Shown here one piece after another: positions 57,501 to 64,000 of a stretch of 64,000 bases of DNA (positions are counted from its first letter, which is position 1; every line of letters begins with the position of its first letter). Made by a program: the position numbers and the translations under genes. This stretch comes from an uncultured Methanosarcinales archaeon (GTDB taxonomy: Archaea > Nanobdellota > Nanobdellia > Woesearchaeales > JASKKU01). Below the pieces are notes generated by a model. It did no database searches and was not told the origin of the DNA. It saw only the letters and a program-made list of their open reading frames with translations. Location: contig CAYQFL010000002.1 of NCBI GenBank assembly GCA_964416905.1, forward strand, positions 12,450 to 76,449, read 5' to 3'.

Positions 57501-59258
57501 ATGATACGAAGTCCTATTTGCTCGGTTGTGGGTCATGTAGACCATGGTAAATCAACCCTTCTAGATTTCATAAGGGGAACGAAAATTGTGTCTAAAGAAG
57601 CCGGTGGTATAACTCAAGCAATAGGCGCTTCCTTGGTTCCCATTGAGAAGATTAAACAGATAAGCGGACCTTTGATTAAAAGTTTGAATATTGATATTAC
57701 CATTCCAGGCCTGCTTTTTATTGATACCCCAGGTCATGCAGCTTTTACAAACTTAAGAAAACGAGGAGGTAACCTTGCAGACATTTCTATTTTGATTGTA
57801 GATATAAATGAAGGGTTTATGCCTCAAACTATTGAGTCCTTGCAGATTCTTAAAGAATACAAGACCCCGTTTATTGTTGCAGCAAACAAGATTGATAAAT
57901 TGCCAGGATTCCAGATAAAAAAGAACACCCCTTTAGTTAGTCTATTAAATTCTCAAAGAGAGGATGTTCAAAGGCTTATGGATACCAAGATTTATGAACT
58001 CGTAGGCAAACTTTATGAATTTGGATTTAATGCAGAACGATTTGATAGAGTATCAGATTATACACAACAAGTTGCAATTGTCCCAATTTCAGCAATGCTT
58101 GGTACAGGTGTTCCAGAACTACTTATGTTACTTGTAGGTTTAGCTCAGAAATATCTTGAACAATCACTGAAGCTCAACCTTAGTGATGAAGCTAAAGGCA
58201 CAATTCTTGAAGTAAAGAACATTTCTGGCTTGGGAAAAGTAATAGATGTTATACTTTATGATGGCCTGCTGAAAGTTGGCGATTCTATAGTTATAGCAAC
58301 CCTTGATGAACCTATAGTTACTAAAGTTAAAGCATTATTTTTACCAAAACCTTTAACAGAAATTAGAGAAAACAAAAGCAAATTTGAGAGTGTTAAACAA
58401 GTCACTGCATCCTGTGGTGTTAGAATTGTTGCTTCAAATTTGGATAATTGTTTAGCAGGCATGCCAATTATTTCTTTAAAAAATGATTCTGAACTCGATA
58501 AAGTGATAAGTCAATTAAGGACTGATGTTGGAGAGGTTCTTTTTGAAACTAACAAAGATGGTCTTCTAGTTAAAGCTGATAGCCTTGGAAGTCTTGAAGC
58601 GCTTCTTACTCTTTTAAAAGAAAATAATATTCCTGTTAGGAAATCTGGTTTGGGAGATATAACTAAAAAAGATATTATTGAAGCTCACAGCTTAAAAGAG
58701 AAAGATCCTTTGTTGGGTGTGATCCTAGGATTTAATGTTGGTTGCAGTGAAGACCCACAGGGTGTTGATGTAATCACAGATAATATTATTTATAGAATAA
58801 TTGACAGATACAAAGAATGGCTTGAAGCAAAGAAACTAGAGTTGAGAAAACAAGCTTTAGCAGATTTACCAAGCTTAGCAAAAATACAAATTTTGCCAAA
58901 TTACATATTTAGACAATCTAACCCAGCAATTGTTGGCGTAGAAGTTTTAGCTGGAACTCTAAGGAAAGATACTCCTTTGATGAAAGATAATGGCCAACCT
59001 GTTACTAGGGTAAAAGAAATTCAAGTGGATAAAGAAAGTGTGAAAGAGATTCCAAAAGGCGAGCAGGCGGCGGTATCTTTAGTCGGAATAACTATAGGTC
59101 ATCAAGTGAAAAAAGACGATGTTTTATATGCCTTCTTAACTGCAGAACAATTCAGAAAATATAAGGACGCAAAAGATGTTCTGGATGAAGAACAAATTGA
59201 AATCTTAAGAGAAATTGCAGCAATCATGAGAAAAACAGATATTACCTGGGGCATATAA
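57501..59258 (+). CDS. infB: translation initiation factor aIF5B (IF2 homolog) GTPase
   Basis: G1 GHVDHGKST, DTPGH, NKID. Domain layout of aIF5B. No intein. Confidence 0.9.
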   Translation: MIRSPICSVVGHVDHGKSTLLDFIRGTKIVSKEAGGITQAIGASLVPIEKIKQISGPLIKSLNIDITIPGLLFIDTPGHAAFTNLRKRGGNLADISILIVDINEGFMPQTIESLQILKEYKTPFIVAANKIDKLPGFQIKKNTPLVSLLNSQREDVQRLMDTKIYELVGKLYEFGFNAERFDRVSDYTQQVAIVPISAMLGTGVPELLMLLVGLAQKYLEQSLKLNLSDEAKGTILEVKNISGLGKVIDVILYDGLLKVGDSIVIATLDEPIVTKVKALFLPKPLTEIRENKSKFESVKQVTASCGVRIVASNLDNCLAGMPIISLKNDSELDKVISQLRTDVGEVLFETNKDGLLVKADSLGSLEALLTLLKENNIPVRKSGLGDITKKDIIEAHSLKEKDPLLGVILGFNVGCSEDPQGVDVITDNIIYRIIDRYKEWLEAKKLELRKQALADLPSLAKIQILPNYIFRQSNPAIVGVEVLAGTLRKDTPLMKDNGQPVTRVKEIQVDKESVKEIPKGEQAAVSLVGITIGHQVKKDDVLYAFLTAEQFRKYKDAKDVLDEEQIEILREIAAIMRKTDITWGI

Positions 59259-59275
59259 CTTATCAAACTAAGCCG

Positions 59276-59956
59276 TTAATTCTTGAAGTTGCTTTCTTTA
59301 TAGAATTCAGGTAGCTCATTGTCTTCTACTTTTTTATCCCTCTTTAAGTTTGAATATATTAAAGACATACCAAAGATAGAACTTAATGACCAGATGAAGG
59401 CACTTAGAACTTTTACGCTTCCGGTTTCTATACCTGTAGCAAAATCACCTGTAACTGCTCCTGTTATTGTTGGTGGAGCTATCGATGAGATTATTCCAAC
59501 AAAAGAAGCTACTAAAAGTATCGTTCCAATAATCAACGGGAAGTTGTCTTTCTCAACAGGTTCTTCAAGATGAAACCTTCGAGCTATTTTTTTATAGGCT
59601 CTCTCTATTTCTTCATCATGGTGTTTAAAACTCTCTTTCAGTACTTTTCTTTCCTCTTCATTTAAAGTGCTCCAGTAATCTTTGATTTTATCCTTGTGAA
59701 ACCGAATTTCGTTTAGTTTCCTTATAGCTTCTTCATCACTGATTTGTATCCTCAAATGCTTATAAGCAACATGTTTAATGAACTCTTTCTCAAGGTATCT
59801 CTTTAGGATAGGATCAATTTTTTCCGGAAAATTGCGGAAGATTCTCTTAGCATGAATGTCGTCAATAAAGATACCCTTCTCAAAGTAAATCTCTTTTATT
59901 TTTTTAGGACTAAGTTTCTTCCTAAAATCCTTCAGCCATTTTTTATGGGAATCCAT
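59276..59956 (-). CDS. hypothetical protein with C-terminal TM helices
   Basis: ORF only. Basic helical N-terminal half. Confidence 0.4.
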   Translation of the reverse strand: MDSHKKWLKDFRKKLSPKKIKEIYFEKGIFIDDIHAKRIFRNFPEKIDPILKRYLEKEFIKHVAYKHLRIQISDEEAIRKLNEIRFHKDKIKDYWSTLNEEERKVLKESFKHHDEEIERAYKKIARRFHLEEPVEKDNFPLIIGTILLVASFVGIISSIAPPTITGAVTGDFATGIETGSVKVLSAFIWSLSSIFGMSLIYSNLKRDKKVEDNELPEFYKESNFKN

Positions 59957-59977
59957 TTTATGTTTTGATCTTACAAA

Positions 59978-60490
59978 TCAATCAAATAACGCATGTACTC
60001 TTCTTTCTTTGGGTACGAAGTTTAAAATTTTTTCCTTTGCCACTTTACCGCAGCCCAAAAAGTCGTTTCCATGCTTCACAATCACAAATTTGTTTATACT
60101 TATATCAACTTTATCATTAATCTGTTTTTCTAAGCTCTCATTTATCTCAATCTCTTCCCCTAAAATCCATTTATTCATACTTTTTTCATCTATTTCAATA
60201 ATGTTTTTACTAGCAGATGGACCTATTATCTGAGAGCCTTCAATTGATAACCTTAAACCGTCTTTATCTTCAGTAGCAAAATAACACCCCGCTCTGTTAA
60301 CTCTTAGATTCTCAGGGATCTTATCAAAACCATCGTATTTCTTTAGAATGTAATATCTTTTACGAGTTTCTGAAAACAGAAAGAAATATTCTTTCTTTAA
60401 TGATTCGAGGTCGCAACCGAAACTATTGCTTAACTTTTTTATTAATTCCTTGGTTTCTTTACTATTCAATACTGTTAATGGAAGTTTCAT
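59978..60490 (-). CDS. Nip7-like PUA-domain pre-rRNA processing protein
   Basis: 170 aa. Can be aligned by eye with Nip7 (N-terminal domain plus C-terminal PUA, KFVIVKHGNDFLGCGKV). Confidence 0.5.
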   Translation of the reverse strand: MKLPLTVLNSKETKELIKKLSNSFGCDLESLKKEYFFLFSETRKRYYILKKYDGFDKIPENLRVNRAGCYFATEDKDGLRLSIEGSQIIGPSASKNIIEIDEKSMNKWILGEEIEINESLEKQINDKVDISINKFVIVKHGNDFLGCGKVAKEKILNFVPKERRVHALFD

Positions 60491-60560
60491 TATTAAAGAA
60501 ACAGATTACTGCTTTTAAATAATTTACCAATTTTAAAACCAAACAGCATTTATTCTGCAA

Positions 60561-61451
60561 TTATTCTTTTTTATTGCTGCCAAACACGATTGAAGCGTAA
60601 CCAACAAAAGAATCTGACGGATATATTTCTGACGACTGATAATATTTTAAAAGCTCCCCTTTTATTTGGCTACTCTCATTATGTTCTTCAAGTTTGGCTA
60701 AATACTTCAGTAACGCAGTTATTGTGTATCTGCCGCAGATTGTTCTTTGGTTAGCTCTATCCAAAAATGTTTCTGCATCTTTTTTCAGGATAATTTTTAT
60801 TGATTCAAAATCATCACGTTCAACTTCTTTATTACCTGGTTGTCCAAATGGAGTGTAATGGTAATCGATTCCATAATGTGTGAAATCCGAGCTAGCGATA
60901 ACTATGATATTCTGATGATGTTCTTTAGTTAACCTAACCAAAGCTTCTCCGAATAAATCAAAGTTAGTATCTGCATCAATTACTGCTGGAACTATGGTAA
61001 ATTTGTCTTTGAAAAGATATTGTAAGAATGGAATTTGTACCTCTATAGAATGTTCATAAACATGTGGCGATTCATCTAGAGGAATGTTTGAAAGTTTGCT
61101 TAATTCTATTGAAAGAAATCGATTGTTCTTTGCAACTCCTAGAGGCGTCTCAAAGTCATACAGACTTATTCCTGAGTTACCCAACCCTGTATGATTCACT
61201 CCAAGAATAACAAAAACTGTTTTTTCCTCTACTTTGGTATTCTTCAATGCATGAAAACCGTGAGCCGCGCACGGTCCTGAAAAAACATAGCCTGCATGCG
61301 GTGAGATCAATCCAAGTATCTTTTCAAAACTGCTTGATTTAAAACTAACTGTTGGACCAAAAGGTGACGAGAAACATCCTTCAATTTCTTTTATCAATTC
61401 ATCCCGGTTGGCAGAATAAAACCTTCCTGCAACAACAGGTTTTCTTATCAT
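60561..61451 (-). CDS. MEMO1/AmmeMemoRadiSam system protein B family
   Basis: VAGRFYSANRDEL. LISPHAGYVFSGPCAAHGF. Confidence 0.7.
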   Translation of the reverse strand: MIRKPVVAGRFYSANRDELIKEIEGCFSSPFGPTVSFKSSSFEKILGLISPHAGYVFSGPCAAHGFHALKNTKVEEKTVFVILGVNHTGLGNSGISLYDFETPLGVAKNNRFLSIELSKLSNIPLDESPHVYEHSIEVQIPFLQYLFKDKFTIVPAVIDADTNFDLFGEALVRLTKEHHQNIIVIASSDFTHYGIDYHYTPFGQPGNKEVERDDFESIKIILKKDAETFLDRANQRTICGRYTITALLKYLAKLEEHNESSQIKGELLKYYQSSEIYPSDSFVGYASIVFGSNKKE

Positions 61452-61545
61452 GGTTACATATTGTTTTTTCGATTTTTTAAATTTAATCTAATATGCCTAG
61501 TCTATCAAAACCTTTATAAACTAAATCTTTTTTCGTAAATCAAAT

Positions 61546-63024
61546 ATGGCATTAGAAACTATTATGAAGTTCCTGCCCGAAGTTAAAGCGCCTACTCAAA
61601 AGAAACTTGGGTTAAAGCCAAAACTCAAATGGACCTTAATGGTTCTTGTCATTTATTTTATCCTGGGTTTTGTTCCTTTGTTTGGTTTGGGAGATAATGC
61701 TCTTCAAAGGTTTGAATTCTTGTCAGTTGTTTTGGGTGCTAAATTTGGTTCTCTTATAAGCTTGGGTATTGGTCCTATCGTCACAGCGTCTATTATCTTA
61801 CAACTGTTAGTTGGTGCAGGCATTCTAAATTATGACTTGACTAAACCCAACGATCGAAAGAGATTTGAAGCTCTCCAGAAGATCACAACAATTTTTTTCA
61901 TACTCTTTGAAGCATTTTTATACGTATATATGGGCGGATTATCTCCAGCACCGTTTTATGACCCACAGACGAATGCTTTTGTATCTACTCAAAGCGAGGG
62001 CGTAATTCAATTAGCTGCTTCGCAGATTAATGCTCTAAGATTGCTATTGGTTTTTCAGTTAGCTATTGGCGGTTTTATTATCTTGTTGCTTGATGAGGTT
62101 GTTTCTAAATGGGGTATTGGTTCAGGTATTAGCTTGTTCATCGCTGCAGGAGTCAGCCAGCAGATATTTGTCGGAGCTTTCAGCTGGGTAAAATCTGCGT
62201 ACGGCGGTGCAGAATATCCTGTCGGAGCAATCCCTGCATTGTTTGTAGCCCTTAGAAACTCTGATGCTGTGACTGCATTAACCAATCTTGCAAAGATTTT
62301 CTTTACAATTTTGGTGTTCCTCTTAGCGGTATATGCGCAAGCAATGAAGGTTGAGATACCTCTCTCTTATGGGAAGGTAAGAGGTTACGGTATAAAATGG
62401 CCTTTAAGATTTATTTATACAAGCAACATCCCGGTTATATTAACAGCAGCTTTATTCGGTAATCTTCAGATTCTAGCGAGGCTTTTAGAAAACGCTGCAG
62501 CCAATTCAACAAACAAGTTTTTAGAATTTATCTCCGTTTATGTTCTAGGTCAAATAAACACTGCGAAAGCAGGTCATGGTATTGTTCAATGGATTTCTGG
62601 TCAAAATCTGATACAAAGATTGATAACAGGTTCCTTTAGCTTTTCAGTACTTGGTCAGGCACTGATTTATGTACTATTAATGGTTGTTTTCAGCATATTG
62701 TTTGGAGTGATCTGGGTTCAGACCTCAGGCATGGATCCAAAAAGTGTCGCGAAACAGATTACTTCATCAGGCTTACAGATTCCAGGTTTCCGTTCAGACA
62801 TAAGAATACTTGAGAAATTGTTAAAGAGGTACATATGGCCTTTATCTGTTATGGGCGCAGGTTTTGTAGGTTTACTTGCAGCTATTGCTGACCTGACAGG
62901 CGCTTTATCCAGAGGAACAGGTATTCTGTTAACAGTGATGATTGTATATAGATTCTATGAGACTATCGCAAAGGAACATGCTATGGACTTATCACCTAAC
63001 TTGCGAAAGTTTATTAAAAACTAA
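61546..63024 (+). CDS. secY: preprotein translocase subunit SecY
   Basis: 10-TM SecY/Sec61-alpha pattern. Plug and lateral-gate regions are present. Confidence 0.9.
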   Translation: MALETIMKFLPEVKAPTQKKLGLKPKLKWTLMVLVIYFILGFVPLFGLGDNALQRFEFLSVVLGAKFGSLISLGIGPIVTASIILQLLVGAGILNYDLTKPNDRKRFEALQKITTIFFILFEAFLYVYMGGLSPAPFYDPQTNAFVSTQSEGVIQLAASQINALRLLLVFQLAIGGFIILLLDEVVSKWGIGSGISLFIAAGVSQQIFVGAFSWVKSAYGGAEYPVGAIPALFVALRNSDAVTALTNLAKIFFTILVFLLAVYAQAMKVEIPLSYGKVRGYGIKWPLRFIYTSNIPVILTAALFGNLQILARLLENAAANSTNKFLEFISVYVLGQINTAKAGHGIVQWISGQNLIQRLITGSFSFSVLGQALIYVLLMVVFSILFGVIWVQTSGMDPKSVAKQITSSGLQIPGFRSDIRILEKLLKRYIWPLSVMGAGFVGLLAAIADLTGALSRGTGILLTVMIVYRFYETIAKEHAMDLSPNLRKFIKN

Positions 63025-63051
63025 GGTGACTCTAAGGTTTGGTGAAAAATT

Positions 63052-63765
63052 ATGATGGATTTTTTAAATGGTTTTATATCTCAGTACCCGCTTTTCTTTT
63101 TATTGCTCGTTTCTTTGCTAATTAGCGTTCTGATAGTTTTGATGACAAAGTTCTTTACAGACCAGAAACATATGAAATATCTCAAAGAAGAAATGCAGAA
63201 ATTACAGAAAGAAATGAAAAGTACTAAAGATACAAAAGAGATCTCAAAACTTAACAAAAAGCTGCTCAAATTAAATTCAGAGTATATGAAACATTCTATG
63301 AGGGTAAACTTATACACGTTTTTGCCAATCATTCTTATATTTAGTTGGCTATCCAATATCTATTCAGGATTGCCTTTTGAACCAAATACAACTGTTGATT
63401 TAGTTGTTAGCCTAAAAAGTGCTGATTTAAACGTATCTCTCCAGGTTCCAGAAGGCCTAAAACTCATTAATCAAACCAAAGATTCGTCAAAAATTGTTTA
63501 TACACTTTTATCAGAAAAAGAAGGCTCTTATGAACTAAAATTCCTGCCATGCAACAGCACTTTGAACTTAGTTTCTTCAACTCAACTAACTAATAAAACA
63601 GAACCAAGAATTGCCTTAAATGATAACTGTGTTAAAAACATTATTGTTAGATACAGACCTTTGAAGTTCAATATTCTTGGAATAAAGATGAGCTGGTTTT
63701 GGGCATATATCTTATTCTCTTTATTCTTTAGTTCAATAATACGAAAAGTCATAAAAGTGTATTAA
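63052..63765 (+). CDS. DUF106-family (archaeal Oxa1/YidC/EMC3-like) membrane protein
   Basis: TM1, coiled coil (KYLKEEMQKLQKEMK...KLNKKLLKLNSEYMK), TM2 architecture. Conserved position downstream of secY. Confidence 0.55.
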   Translation: MMDFLNGFISQYPLFFLLLVSLLISVLIVLMTKFFTDQKHMKYLKEEMQKLQKEMKSTKDTKEISKLNKKLLKLNSEYMKHSMRVNLYTFLPIILIFSWLSNIYSGLPFEPNTTVDLVVSLKSADLNVSLQVPEGLKLINQTKDSSKIVYTLLSEKEGSYELKFLPCNSTLNLVSSTQLTNKTEPRIALNDNCVKNIIVRYRPLKFNILGIKMSWFWAYILFSLFFSSIIRKVIKVY

Positions 63766-63775
63766 GGTAATTTAT

Positions 63776-64000
63776 CTATTTTTGTTTTATTTTTGTTTTA
63801 AGATAACGCTTTTTTAGAGAATGCTTAAATCTAAATAATGCTAAGAAATTGTCTAAGCCATCTTTTAGAGCATTTAACTTCTTTTTACCAACTCTCTTAC
63901 GATATGTTATTGGTATTTCTTTAACTCTCTTGTTCAGGAAGATCGCGAATAATTTGATTTGTTCTGAGAAAGGCATGCCATCACCCATTAACTCAAAATC
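63776..64000 (-). CDS. C-terminal fragment of a GT2 (Dpm1-like) glycosyltransferase. Gene start lies beyond the window end.
   Basis: Frame stays open to the window edge. EIPITYRKRVGKKKLNALKDG resembles a GT2 C-terminus. Confidence 0.35.
   Translation of the reverse strand, partial: DFELMGDGMPFSEQIKLFAIFLNKRVKEIPITYRKRVGKKKLNALKDGLDNFLALFRFKHSLKKRYLKTKIKQK

Noticed and set aside
1-64000. Looked for rRNA genes, transposases/IS elements, integrases, toxin-antitoxin pairs and cas genes
   Set aside because: None recognisable from motifs in any frame. The window appears to be core chromosome with interspersed surface and transport genes rather than a mobile element.

Overview
This 64 kb window is low-GC (AT-rich) archaeal chromosome. 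Gene content and short, tightly packed genes suggest a small-genome DPANN-type archaeon. It carries an informational core. Replication genes: 5'-truncated Orc1/Cdc6, PolD DP1 and DP2 in a row, Gins51, Hjc, an Nre-like PCNA-binding protein. Translation and RNA-processing genes: aIF2-beta, aIF1A, aIF5B, AsnRS, CCA enzyme, RNase Z, Elp3, TsaC/Sua5, Nmd3-like, Nip7-like, Fap7-like, NFACT/Rqc2-like, CRM/YhbY. RNA genes: three tRNAs (Val-GAC, Trp-CCA with a canonical intron, Thr-CGU) and an RNase P RNA. There are also two histone-fold genes and SecY plus a DUF106/Oxa1-like insertase. Accessory-looking content includes a tRNA-bracketed operon of three large secreted proteins, a CARDB-repeat surface protein, a duplicated ABC ATPase/YhgE-like permease module, a ChlI-like AAA+/VWA pair, a ParA module, a tandem triplet of paralogous membrane proteins beside Q/N-rich coiled-coil proteins, and an unexpected LspA-like signal peptidase II. 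The most striking non-coding structure is a helically phased array of GAGACT hexamers (spacing 16/16/11/11/11/11 bp) plus GAGACT palindromes just upstream of a winged-helix regulator gene. No CRISPR array, rRNA, transposase or integrase is visible. All functional calls rest on motif recognition by eye. No database search was run.
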